The position numbers and the translations under genes were made by a program. A stretch of 64,000 bases of DNA. It comes from Candidatus Omnitrophota bacterium. GTDB taxonomy: Bacteria; Omnitrophota; Gorgyraeia; Duberdicusellales; 4484-171. The notes beneath the pieces are model-generated. The model was given only the letters and a program-made list of their open reading frames with translations, had not been told where the DNA came from and did not search any database. Within the stretch, counting starts at the first letter, position 1. The number at the start of each line of letters is the position of its first letter. The stretch spans positions 23,436 to 87,435 of the forward strand of contig JBDRDJ010000020.1 in the NCBI GenBank assembly GCA_043820815.1, written 5' to 3'. This document shows positions 53,362-62,757 of the stretch, piece after piece.

Positions 53362-55105
53362 GCTTAAAGGCATAGCAGCTTCAGGCGGCATAGGGATAAG
53401 TAAAAGCGTTCTTCTGGGAAGAGAGGAATTTATTATCCCCAAGCGAAAGATATCTCATGAGGATATTTCCCGTGAGATATACCGCCTTGAGGAGGTTTTA
53501 ATTGATACGCGAAAAGAAATTTCCAGCCTCCAGAAAAGGATAGCCGATGAACTGGGGTTTGATCACGGTAAGATTTTCGAAGCCCACATGCTTGTGCTTG
53601 AAGACCGTGTTTTAATCGAAGATATTATTCAGCACATCAAAATTAAAAAAGTTAATGTAGATTATGCGTTTTCTCAGAGCATAAAAAAGTATATAGACAC
53701 ACTGCTTAAATTAGATGATGAATACCTAAGAGAGCGCGTTATTGACATTGAGGATGTTTCAAGGAGGGTTTTAAGAAAGCTTCTCAAGAAGGAGGAGGTA
53801 TCCCTTGATAAATTAAAGGGCAGGGTTGTTGTTGTTTCCCGTGACCTGTCACCTTCGCAGACAGCCACGCTCCCCAGGGATAAAATCGTAGGTTTCGTCA
53901 CTGACGTAGGAGGAAGGACATCTCACGCGGCAATAATCGCCCGCAGTTTGGGTATTCCGGCTGTTGTCGGCGTTGAAGTGGCAACGAAAACTATTTCTTC
54001 ACAAGATACCGTTATTGTTGACGGTTCGGAAGGGCTGGTAATTGTAAACCCCACAGAGAAGGTTTTGCATGATTACCAGAAAAGAATACAGAAAATTCAC
54101 CGTGATTCAAAGGCAGTCCATGTTTTTAAGAGGACTTTAACCAAAGAAGACAGGAAAATAGTTGTTTCTGCAAATATAGAGTTACCAGAAGAGCTCGGGA
54201 TGATTAGCGATTTTGGCGCAGAAGGTATAGGTTTGTACCGTACAGAATATATGTTTTTAGGGCGGAGAGATTTGCCTAATGAGGAAGAACAATATAAAGC
54301 TTATCTGTCAGCGGCTAAGAAAGTTAGACCGCACTCGGTTATCATAAGGACTATTGATATCGGCGGGGATAAGTTTTTGTCGCAATACCAGGTTCCTGGA
54401 GAGATGAGCCCTTTCTTGGGCTGGAGAGCTATCCGTTTTTGCTTGGCTCATCCTGATATTTTCAAAATTCAGCTAAGAGCGATACTGCGTGCATCTTCCG
54501 AAGGAAATGTAAAGGTGATGTTTCCCATGATTTCCGGAATAGAGGAGTTGCTTGAGGCCAAGAGGCTGATTAATGACTGCAAGAAGGACCTTAGGAAATC
54601 TAAGAATTCATTTGATGAAAATATTTCTATAGGGACTATGATCGAGGTCCCTTCTGCCGCCTTGACAGCCGATACCCTTGCTAAAGAGAGCGATTTTTTC
54701 AGCATAGGAACCAATGATTTAATCCAGTATTGTCTGGCAGTTGATAGAGTTAACGAAAAGGTAGCGTATCTTTATGAGCCGGGGCACCCGGCGGTTTTAA
54801 GTTTGATTAAAAAAATTATAGATAGTGCGCATAAGAATAATATTTGGGTTGGCATGTGCGGTGAGATGTCAGGAGAGCCTCTTTTTGCGTTTTTGCTTTT
54901 AGGGTTAGGACTTGATGAATTCAGCATGCCGGTTCCCTTGGTGCCCAGAATAAAGGAATTGCTCAGTATGGTCAACATCAATGATGCGAAGGAAGCTGCC
55001 AAAGGAATTATTAATTTGCATACCGCAAAAGAAGTAGTGAAATATCTTCAGGAATCTTTAAAGGCAATACTCAAAGATGATTATGCGCGGCTTGTATTGA
55101 TCTAA
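53354..55105 (+). CDS. ptsI: phosphoenolpyruvate-protein phosphotransferase (Enzyme I, no GAF domain)
   Basis: GGRTSHAAIIARSLGIPAVVG phospho-His region and a C-terminal PEP-utilising TIM barrel (GTNDLIQY). The start is 53348 (GTG) or 53354 (ATG), overlapping the ptsH stop. Confidence 0.9.
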   Translation: MIKLKGIAASGGIGISKSVLLGREEFIIPKRKISHEDISREIYRLEEVLIDTRKEISSLQKRIADELGFDHGKIFEAHMLVLEDRVLIEDIIQHIKIKKVNVDYAFSQSIKKYIDTLLKLDDEYLRERVIDIEDVSRRVLRKLLKKEEVSLDKLKGRVVVVSRDLSPSQTATLPRDKIVGFVTDVGGRTSHAAIIARSLGIPAVVGVEVATKTISSQDTVIVDGSEGLVIVNPTEKVLHDYQKRIQKIHRDSKAVHVFKRTLTKEDRKIVVSANIELPEELGMISDFGAEGIGLYRTEYMFLGRRDLPNEEEQYKAYLSAAKKVRPHSVIIRTIDIGGDKFLSQYQVPGEMSPFLGWRAIRFCLAHPDIFKIQLRAILRASSEGNVKVMFPMISGIEELLEAKRLINDCKKDLRKSKNSFDENISIGTMIEVPSAALTADTLAKESDFFSIGTNDLIQYCLAVDRVNEKVAYLYEPGHPAVLSLIKKIIDSAHKNNIWVGMCGEMSGEPLFAFLLLGLGLDEFSMPVPLVPRIKELLSMVNINDAKEAAKGIINLHTAKEVVKYLQESLKAILKDDYARLVLI

Positions 55106-55109
55106 CAGG

Positions 55110-55889
55110 ATGAAAGCAGTAATTTTAGCGGCTGGTTACGGTACAAGGTTATATCCTTTGACAGTCAATTTGCCAAAACCGCTGATACCCGTAAACGGCT
55201 GGCCGATAATTAATTATTTAATAGATAAAATAAACCGGCTTGGCTGTAATTACCCTGTAAAAAACATAACCGTCGTATCTAATTCTAAATTCTATTCAAA
55301 TTTTATCAACTGGAAAAAGCAGTACGGAATTTCTGTTAATGTTTTAGACGACGGAACAGCTTCTGCGGATGACCGTTTGGGTGCTATAAAAGATATAAGA
55401 TTCGCAATAAACAGCAAGAAAAGCGGATGGTTAGTATTAGGCGGAGATAATTTATTTGAGGATGGCCTATCGGGTTTCATAGAATTTGCTTTAAAAAAAC
55501 GCCCCTTTCCGATTGTCGGAATTTATGACGTAGGCAGCCTTAAAGCCGCCCGTAGATTCGGTGTAGTCAAGCTTAACCGCAGGATGAGGATTGTTCATTT
55601 TTGTGAAAAGCCGAGTGAGCCAGCCACAAGCCTGATTGCGTGCTGTGTTTATTATTTTCCTCAGGAGTCCCTGAAATTTATCGATGACTTTATATCTAAA
55701 GAGGAAACTGCCGATGCTTCCGGTAAGTATATATCATGGCTGGCTAATAAAACTAAGGTGTACGGATATATTTTAAAAGGTACCTGGCTTGATATTGGCC
55801 ATTTTGATGCTTTGAAGCAAGCCGGCGCTTGTTTTAAACCAAGACAGGATTCTTGCCTGGTTAAAACCAAGGGCATCCGTTCAGGTTAG
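55110..55889 (+). CDS. sugar-phosphate nucleotidyltransferase (NTP_transferase family)
   Basis: MKAVILAAGYGTRLYPLT..PKPLIPV is the N-terminal signature of glucose-1-P thymidylyl/uridylyltransferase-like enzymes. Specificity cannot be determined. Confidence 0.75.
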   Translation: MKAVILAAGYGTRLYPLTVNLPKPLIPVNGWPIINYLIDKINRLGCNYPVKNITVVSNSKFYSNFINWKKQYGISVNVLDDGTASADDRLGAIKDIRFAINSKKSGWLVLGGDNLFEDGLSGFIEFALKKRPFPIVGIYDVGSLKAARRFGVVKLNRRMRIVHFCEKPSEPATSLIACCVYYFPQESLKFIDDFISKEETADASGKYISWLANKTKVYGYILKGTWLDIGHFDALKQAGACFKPRQDSCLVKTKGIRSG

Positions 55890-55954
55890 AAAATAAGGCA
55901 TAACGCCCAAGGCTTAAGGATGACAAGTTTATAGAAACTTCAAAGAAGATATAT

Positions 55955-57013
55955 ATGGATTTACGTAAATTACGAAAAGAAATCGATAGGGTCGATAAAA
56001 AAATTCTCAACTTGCTTAACAGGCGGGCCAAAGAAGTAATTAAGGTAAGCTCTGTCAAGAAAAAGGACAACCTTGATGTTTATTCCGCGGAAAGGGAGGC
56101 AGGTATTCTAAACGGACTTAAGAAGCTGAATTCCGGCCCGCTATCCTGCGAAGATATTGATATTATTTTTTCTGAAATACTCTCCGTTTGCCGATCTTTA
56201 AGAGCTGCTTTAAAGATTGCTTATTTAGGCCCCCAGGGTACATTTACGCATATGGCGGCTGCCAAGAAGTTCGGTAAGAAACAGCAATACGTTTCTTCCG
56301 AGAGCATAAGTGATGTTTTTGATAAAGTCAGCCGGGGTGAAGTTGATTATGGTGTGGTGCCTATTGAAAATTCAATCGAAGGGGTAGTGAATTATACGCT
56401 GGATATGTTTTTCGATTCGGATCTTCAGATTTGCGCCGAAGTAACATTGAATATATCCCATTGTCTTTTAGGAAAGAGAAAAGAGAATATCAAAAGAATA
56501 TACTCTAATCCTCAGGTTTTTGCCCAGTGTAGGGCGTGGATAGGGCGCCATTATAATAAAGCACAACTCATCCCGGCGCTTTCTACCGCAAGGGCCGCTC
56601 TTTTGGCCAAGAAAGATAATAACGGTGCCTGTATAGGAAATAAGATACTTGCGTCCCTCTACGGCCTTAATGTGTTTGCCTCCTCCATTGAGGATGCGAT
56701 GCATAACTATACGCGTTTTCTTGTTATTTCAAGAAATGACAGTTTGCCTTCGGACAATGATAAAACCTCTTTGTTATTTTCTATAAAAGATAAAGTGGGA
56801 GCGCTCCATGATGTGCTTTCCTGCGTAAAAAAGCACGGGATTAACCTTACCAAAATAGAGTCGCGCCCCTCTAAAAGAAAAGCATGGGAATACTACTTTT
56901 TCGTAGATTGTCAAGGGCATAAAAGCTCACCGGTTTTCAAGAAGGCTCTTAGGGAGCTTGAGAGATCCTGTATCTTCGTAAAAGTTCTCGGTTCTTACCC
57001 AAAAGAAATCTAA
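55955..57013 (+). CDS. pheA: bifunctional chorismate mutase / prephenate dehydratase (P-protein)
   Basis: The N-terminal CM_2 helix (LRKEIDRVDKKILNLLNRRA), a PDT domain, and a C-terminal ACT domain with an ESRP motif. Confidence 0.92.
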   Translation: MDLRKLRKEIDRVDKKILNLLNRRAKEVIKVSSVKKKDNLDVYSAEREAGILNGLKKLNSGPLSCEDIDIIFSEILSVCRSLRAALKIAYLGPQGTFTHMAAAKKFGKKQQYVSSESISDVFDKVSRGEVDYGVVPIENSIEGVVNYTLDMFFDSDLQICAEVTLNISHCLLGKRKENIKRIYSNPQVFAQCRAWIGRHYNKAQLIPALSTARAALLAKKDNNGACIGNKILASLYGLNVFASSIEDAMHNYTRFLVISRNDSLPSDNDKTSLLFSIKDKVGALHDVLSCVKKHGINLTKIESRPSKRKAWEYYFFVDCQGHKSSPVFKKALRELERSCIFVKVLGSYPKEI

Positions 57014-57043
57014 AAATTATCTTTTCCGCCTAAAAAAAGAAAA

Positions 57044-58138
57044 ATGAACATAAGGATCGAATTAAATAATGTTAAACCATACATTCCGGGTGTGCCCGTT
57101 GAGGAAGTAAAAAGGTCTTATGGTTTAAACCAGATATACAAACTTGCCTCCAATGAAATCCCCTTTGCTCCTTTATACTTAAATAAAGTTTTAAAAAAGG
57201 AACTTGCCTCTATAAACAGGTATCCCGAATCCGGCTGTTTTTATCTGCGCAAGGCTCTTGCTAAAAAGCTTAAAGTATCCGGCAACCAGCTTGTTTTCGG
57301 AAACGGTTCAGATGAAATAATTACGCTGAGCGTTAGAGCCTTTGTAGGCAAAGGCGATGAAGTAGTTGTTGCTTACCCGACCTTTCTCATCTATGAAATA
57401 CAATCTGAAATCCAGGGTGCGTCTATTGTAAAAGTTCCTCTTAAGAATATGAGTTACGATTTAGATAAAATCGCTGAGAAAGTTACCAAAAAAACAAAGA
57501 TAGTTTTTATCGCTAATCCCGATAATCCTACCGGCTCTTACATTCGCCGGGATGCATTTGATGAGTTTATCAATAATATTCCCAGAGGGGTTCTTGTGTT
57601 TTGCGATGAAGCATATTTTGAATTTGCTCCTGGTGATTTTCCAAGAACCATAGAGCTTCTAAAAAAAAGAGAAAACCTTATAGTTACGCGCACCTTCTCA
57701 AAAGCATATGGCTTGGCAGGGCTGCGTATAGGTTACGCAATTACGACCGAAGAGATCGCCGGTTATTTAAATAAGGTGCGTGAGCCCTTTAACGTAAACA
57801 GATTTTCTCAGAGTTTAGCGCTGGAGGCTTTAGAGAATAAAGATTTCTTAAAGAAAGTTGTTGGCTATGTTAATAAAGAGAAGAAATTTCTCTATGCGAA
57901 ATTAGGCAGATTGAAACTTTGCTTCTTTGATAGTGCAACAAATTTTATTCTTGTCGATTTTAAAACTGATGCAACCGGGCTGTACAATTATCTTTTAAGG
58001 AGAGGCGTAATAATCAGGGCGATGAAGGGCTGGGGGCTGCCAAATTTTTTCCGTGTAACCTTAGGCCTGCGTAAAGAAAACCAGAAATTCATCAGCCTTC
58101 TTAGCGATTATTTGCGTACATATAAAAATCTAAAATAG
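57044..58138 (+). CDS. hisC: histidinol-phosphate/aromatic aminotransferase (class II PLP aminotransferase)
   Basis: LASNEIPF, the NPDNPTG motif and TFSKAYGLAGLRIGY (PLP Lys). Confidence 0.85.
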   Translation: MNIRIELNNVKPYIPGVPVEEVKRSYGLNQIYKLASNEIPFAPLYLNKVLKKELASINRYPESGCFYLRKALAKKLKVSGNQLVFGNGSDEIITLSVRAFVGKGDEVVVAYPTFLIYEIQSEIQGASIVKVPLKNMSYDLDKIAEKVTKKTKIVFIANPDNPTGSYIRRDAFDEFINNIPRGVLVFCDEAYFEFAPGDFPRTIELLKKRENLIVTRTFSKAYGLAGLRIGYAITTEEIAGYLNKVREPFNVNRFSQSLALEALENKDFLKKVVGYVNKEKKFLYAKLGRLKLCFFDSATNFILVDFKTDATGLYNYLLRRGVIIRAMKGWGLPNFFRVTLGLRKENQKFISLLSDYLRTYKNLK

Positions 58139-58179
58139 GTAATTCATATCGTATGATACCAAGGCTCAGGAGGTAATAA

Positions 58180-59196
58180 ATGATAATTGTATTTAAAAAA
58201 GGTTCATCGGATGCTGAGTTAAAACATGTAGTTGAACGCATAGAAAAGCTTGGACTTCAGGCAATGGTTTCTAAGGGTTCCCAGCGTACTATCGTAGGAA
58301 TTATTGGCCCTGAGGATGTTGTAAGACTTGAACCGTTCGAGGCTTTTGCGGGCGTTGAGAAGGTAATGGCGGTTCTTGCGCCTTATAAGCTTGTATCAAG
58401 GGAATTTAAGCCTGAAAACAGTGTTATAAAGATTTCCGATTCTGTATCATTCGGTTCACGGCGAATTGTCATCATTGCCGGGCCTTGCTCTGTAGAGTCT
58501 CTTGAGCAGATGCGTGAGGTTGCTAAAATATCAAAATTGCATGGAGTGCAAATGTTACGCGGCGGTGCATTCAAGCCGCGCACTTCTCCCTATACTTTTC
58601 AAGGCTTAGGCGAAGAAGGCCTTAAGATTTTAAGCGATATTTCCAGGGAATTCTCAATACCGACCGCAACAGAAGTAATGGATACGCGGGATGTTGAGCT
58701 GGTAGCCCGTTATACGGATGTTTTGCAAATTGGAGCCAGAAACATGCAGAATTTCAACCTTCTCAAGGAGGTAGGCCAGACCAGAAAACCCGTCATCTTA
58801 AAGCGCGGCTTAAGCGCAACCATTAAAGATCTGCTCATGAGTGCCGAATATATACTTTCGCGCGGCAACTCTAACGTAATTCTATGCGAGCGGGGCATAA
58901 GAACCTTCGAGGATTATACGCGCAGTACCCTTGATTTAAGCGCCGTACCTGCGGTTAAATACTTATCACATCTTCCGGTAATAGTCGACCCTTCTCATGC
59001 TGCCGGAAAGTGGAGTTTGGTCCCTGCTCTTAGTAAGGCTGCGGTTGCCTGCGGAGCAGACGGGCTTTTGATTGAGGTGCATCCTCATCCCGAAGCAGCC
59101 TTAAGCGACGGGCCCCAGCAGCTTCTGCCTGAAAACTTAGCCGTTTTGATTAAGGAACTAAAACTCATAGCTGAAGCGGTTGACAGGGAATTGTAA
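58180..59196 (+). CDS. aroF: 3-deoxy-7-phosphoheptulonate (DAHP) synthase, type I-beta with N-terminal ferredoxin-like regulatory domain
   Basis: Near-colinear with my recollection of the Thermotoga-type DAHPS: IIAGPCSVES, LRGGAFKPRTSPY, QIGARNMQNF, LKRG, VDPSHA. Same 338-aa length. Confidence 0.92.
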   Translation: MIIVFKKGSSDAELKHVVERIEKLGLQAMVSKGSQRTIVGIIGPEDVVRLEPFEAFAGVEKVMAVLAPYKLVSREFKPENSVIKISDSVSFGSRRIVIIAGPCSVESLEQMREVAKISKLHGVQMLRGGAFKPRTSPYTFQGLGEEGLKILSDISREFSIPTATEVMDTRDVELVARYTDVLQIGARNMQNFNLLKEVGQTRKPVILKRGLSATIKDLLMSAEYILSRGNSNVILCERGIRTFEDYTRSTLDLSAVPAVKYLSHLPVIVDPSHAAGKWSLVPALSKAAVACGADGLLIEVHPHPEAALSDGPQQLLPENLAVLIKELKLIAEAVDREL

Positions 59197-59198
59197 TA

Positions 59199-60074
59199 AT
59201 GCAAATCAAATCAATTAAGAAAATAACAATCATCGGTGTCGGTTTTATGGGGGGCTCTCTTGCTCTTGATTTACGAAAGAAGATGCCCACAGTTTTACTG
59301 TGCGGTTTTGCCAGAAGCCATAAGTCTTTGAGGAAGCTAAAGCGCTTAAAGTTACTTCATAAGGTTGAGCGTGATATCCAGAAAGCTGTTTCCAGGGCTG
59401 ATTTAATATTATTAGCCTTGCCTGTCAAAGCGATAGTTGAGCAATTAAAAAAAATCGGTTCTTTTTTAAAAAAGGGTGCTGTTGTTGTTGATTTAGGGAG
59501 CACAAAGGTTCTCATCGGCAAAACCGCAAATAAATACCTGCCCAAACATGTTAAATTTGTTGCTTGTCATCCTTTATGCGGGAGTGAAAAAAGCGGAGCC
59601 GAGTTCGGCCGCCAGGGGCTATACAGCAATTCTATATGTGTAATAACCTCAAATAAAAATAAACCTGAGGTTAAAGCAGTAAAAAAGTTTTGGGAGTTTC
59701 TCGGTGCAAAAGTAGTATTTCTCTCGCCGCGCCGGCATGACCAAATACTTTCGCTTGTATCGCATCTTCCTCATGCCGTATCATTTGCACTTACTAATTG
59801 CCTTAAGAAAGATTTTATCAAACTTTCATCGGGAAGCTTGCGCGATTTAACCAGAATATCCGGCTCTCCGGCCGCAGTTTGGACAGATATATTTCTTTCA
59901 AATAGTGTAAATCTGGCAAGAGACGTAGATAAGTTTACCGGTTCATTACAGAAACTTAAAGGCATGATTAAAAGAAATGACATCTTGGGTTTAACTCATC
60001 TCATCGAACAGGCCAATTCAAAGCAAAAGTTTATCGTAACAAAAGACAACAAAGAAACAAAAGTTAAGCCATAA
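59199..60074 (+). CDS. tyrA: prephenate dehydrogenase
   Basis: IIGVGFMGGSLALDL Rossmann motif, HPLCGSE and SHLPH motifs. Confidence 0.85.
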   Translation: MQIKSIKKITIIGVGFMGGSLALDLRKKMPTVLLCGFARSHKSLRKLKRLKLLHKVERDIQKAVSRADLILLALPVKAIVEQLKKIGSFLKKGAVVVDLGSTKVLIGKTANKYLPKHVKFVACHPLCGSEKSGAEFGRQGLYSNSICVITSNKNKPEVKAVKKFWEFLGAKVVFLSPRRHDQILSLVSHLPHAVSFALTNCLKKDFIKLSSGSLRDLTRISGSPAAVWTDIFLSNSVNLARDVDKFTGSLQKLKGMIKRNDILGLTHLIEQANSKQKFIVTKDNKETKVKP

Positions 60075-60719
60075 ATGATTATTGCCATAGACGGACCCGC
60101 CGGTTCCGGGAAAACTACAGTTACGAAACTGCTGGCCAAAAGGCTAAACATCGCATACCTTGATACAGGTGCGATGTACAGGGCTTTAACATTAAAAGTT
60201 CTTAAAGCCGGGATCCCTGTTTCAGATGCGGCTCTTGTTTCGGATTGCGCGCGTAATATCAATTTGAGGATTGAAACCGATAGAGTGTTTCTTGATTCAG
60301 AAGATGTCACCAGTGAAATAAGGGCACCCGATATAGATAAGAATATCTCAATGATTGTTTCTTATCCTGATGTTCGTAATGAGATGGTAGCCTTGCAGCG
60401 CAGAATTGCAATAAACCGGGATTACGTAGTTGAAGGCAGGGATATAACGACCGTTGTTTTTCCCAAAGCAGAGTTTAAATTCTATCTTGATGCTGATTTT
60501 TCTAAAAGAGTGGGCCGCCGCTATGCCGAATTAGAAAATAAAGGCGTAGATATAGATATAGATGAATTATCAGAAGTTTTGCATAAACGCGATAAGGCAG
60601 ATAAAGAGCGTAAAATAGGGGCGCTTCGAATCAGCGAAGATGCGATCTTTGTGGACACTACTGACTTAAGCATAGAAGAAGTAGTTGAGAAACTGGCAGA
60701 ATACATAACCAAAGGTTAA
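60075..60719 (+). CDS. cmk: cytidylate kinase
   Basis: IIAIDGPAGSGKTTV..YLDTGAMYRA. Confidence 0.93.
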   Translation: MIIAIDGPAGSGKTTVTKLLAKRLNIAYLDTGAMYRALTLKVLKAGIPVSDAALVSDCARNINLRIETDRVFLDSEDVTSEIRAPDIDKNISMIVSYPDVRNEMVALQRRIAINRDYVVEGRDITTVVFPKAEFKFYLDADFSKRVGRRYAELENKGVDIDIDELSEVLHKRDKADKERKIGALRISEDAIFVDTTDLSIEEVVEKLAEYITKG

Positions 60720-60751
60720 AGCAAAGATAATGAACCCCCCGACTGTAATAT

Positions 60752-60799
60752 CAAAAATCAAAATGTAAATATCAAAATTACATATCAAAATGTAAAATG
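60752..60799 (+). repeat. NAAAAAT-family heptamer array, direct orientation (left arm)
   Basis: CAAAAAT CAAAATG TAAATAT CAAAATT ACATAT CAAAATG TAAAATG. Confidence 0.7.
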
Positions 60800-60824
60800 T
60801 TTAAAAGAAAGCGCAAAAGAAAAT

Positions 60825-60879
60825 ATTTTTGATTTTTAATTTGTCATTTTGATTTTTAATTTTTGATATTTAATTTTTT
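60825..60879 (-). repeat. NAAAAAT-family heptamer array, inverted orientation (right arm)
   Basis: The + strand reads ATTTTTG ATTTTTA ATTTGTC ATTTTG ATTTTTA ATTTTTG ATATTTA ATTTTTT. Its reverse complement contains ATTAAAAATCAAAATGA, identical to 4856-4872. Confidence 0.7.
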
Positions 60880-60883
60880 AAAG

Positions 60884-62677
60884 ATGGCTGGCATAAAAAA
60901 CATCCGCAATTTCTGTATAATTGCCCATATTGACCACGGAAAATCTACTCTGGCAGACAGGTTTCTTGATACCGCAAGTTCTATTGATAAGAGGAAGCGC
61001 TGTGATCAGATGCTCGATAGCATGGAGTTAGAGCGTGAGCGGGGAATAACGATCAAGGCTAAAGCAGTCAGGCTTAGTTACACTTACGATAATCAAGATT
61101 ATATTCTGAATCTCATAGATACGCCCGGCCACGTTGATTTCACACATGAAGTGGCAAAGTCGCTTAAGGCTTGCGAAGGCGCAATACTTCTTATTGATGC
61201 GTCTCAAGGCATAGAGGCTCAAACCGTAGCCAATTTCTACTTAGCCTTAGAGAGCGATTTAAAAATCATCCCGGTTTTAAATAAAATAGATTTGCCAAGC
61301 GCTAACCCCGGTAAGATATCACAACAGCTTTTTGATGTATTTGGCTTTAAAAAGGAAGAAATATCTTTAGTTTGCGCAAAGAGCGGAGTTGGTGTTGATG
61401 GTCTTTTTGAGAGAATAGTAAAAGAGATACCGCATCCTGAAGCAGACCTCAAAGCTCCGCTTAAGGCAATACTCTTTGATTCACTTTATGACCCGTATCG
61501 CGGCGCGATCCTTTTTGTCAGGGTTTTTGAAGGGACGATAAGAGCTTGCGATACCGTTCTACTTATGCATCAAGGTAAAACCTATAAGGTTGAAGAAACA
61601 GGAGTATTTTTGCCGCAGGCTCAAAAGGCCGATTATCTTAGCAGCGGAGAGGTAGGTTATATATGCTGCAACATTAAGAATCCTCTGGAAATAGATTTAG
61701 GCGATACCATAACTTCTCCTTTAAGGCCAACCTCTTCTCCTTTTGAGGGGTACAAAAAGATTACCCCGATGGTTTTTAGCGGAGTTTTCCCTTCGTCACC
61801 TAAAGATTACCCGTTTTTGAGACAGGCTTTGGAAAAATTGCGCTTATCGGACCCTTCTTTTATTTTTGAGCCCGATAGTTTGGGAAACTTAGGCCATGGT
61901 TTTCGCTGCGGATTTCTAGGCCTTTTGCATATGGAAATTGTCCAGGAGCGCCTTGAGCGGGAATATAATCTTGATATAATACTTACATCGCCTAATGTAA
62001 TGTATAAAGTTAAGCGGAAAAACGGCGAATCCGTTAATGTAGAGGTGCCGCATCAGCTTCCCGATATTTCCGAGATAGAACAGATGTATGAACCTTTTGT
62101 TAAAGCTACCATAGTCGCCCCGCTTGAGGGGATTGATCCGCTTTGTGAACTTGCAAAATCACGCAGGGGTGAGTTTATCAAAATGGATTATCTTTCAAAG
62201 GAGCGTTTAAGTATAGTTTTCGAACTTCCCCTTTCTGAAATCATCGTTGACTTCTATGACAAAATAAAATCGCTCACAAAAGGTTATGCATCTTTAGATT
62301 ATGAATTCATTGGCTATAGAGTTACCGATATCGTAAAGTTAGATTTGTTTATAAACAAAAAGCAGGTTGAGTCTTTTTCTTTAATTGTGCATAAAGATAA
62401 AGCGGAACAGAGGGCCCGTGTAATTGTTGAGAAATTTAAAGAATTAATCCCCAGGCACATGTTTGTAGTAAGCGTCCAGGCGCAAGTAGGCTCAAGAATT
62501 ATAGCCGCAGAAAAGATTTCGGCCCTGCGTAAGAATGTCACGGCTAAATGTTACGGAGGCGATGTAACCCGTAAGCGCAAGCTCTGGGAAAAACAGAAAA
62601 AGGGCAAGAAAAAAATGAAGCAGTTTGGCGATGTCGCTGTCCCTCAGGGAGCATTCATAGAAGCCCTGAAAATGTAG
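60884..62677 (+). CDS. lepA: elongation factor 4 (LepA)
   Basis: IRNFCIIAHIDHGKSTLADR, DTPGHVDF, NKIDL and the LepA-specific C-terminal domain. I chose ATG 60884. The track start at 60863 lies inside the T-rich heptamer array. Confidence 0.95.
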   Translation: MAGIKNIRNFCIIAHIDHGKSTLADRFLDTASSIDKRKRCDQMLDSMELERERGITIKAKAVRLSYTYDNQDYILNLIDTPGHVDFTHEVAKSLKACEGAILLIDASQGIEAQTVANFYLALESDLKIIPVLNKIDLPSANPGKISQQLFDVFGFKKEEISLVCAKSGVGVDGLFERIVKEIPHPEADLKAPLKAILFDSLYDPYRGAILFVRVFEGTIRACDTVLLMHQGKTYKVEETGVFLPQAQKADYLSSGEVGYICCNIKNPLEIDLGDTITSPLRPTSSPFEGYKKITPMVFSGVFPSSPKDYPFLRQALEKLRLSDPSFIFEPDSLGNLGHGFRCGFLGLLHMEIVQERLEREYNLDIILTSPNVMYKVKRKNGESVNVEVPHQLPDISEIEQMYEPFVKATIVAPLEGIDPLCELAKSRRGEFIKMDYLSKERLSIVFELPLSEIIVDFYDKIKSLTKGYASLDYEFIGYRVTDIVKLDLFINKKQVESFSLIVHKDKAEQRARVIVEKFKELIPRHMFVVSVQAQVGSRIIAAEKISALRKNVTAKCYGGDVTRKRKLWEKQKKGKKKMKQFGDVAVPQGAFIEALKM

Positions 62678-62757
62678 CACTTGTTATCTAAAGATATGTT
62701 TATTGGCTGTTTTAACTTAAATATTTTTGACAGAATATATATTATTAAGGAGCATAT

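Noticed and set aside
52547-55105. The ptsN-ptsH-ptsI cluster as a novel system.
   Set aside because: This is the well-known nitrogen-related or regulatory PTS phosphorelay. It has no permease components, and nothing unusual is visible beyond the contiguous arrangement.
60720-60883. AT-rich repeat cluster as a replication origin.
   Set aside because: I saw no DnaA-box-like TTATCCACA motifs, no dnaA/dnaN neighbourhood, and the repeat unit matches arrays found at several other junctions.
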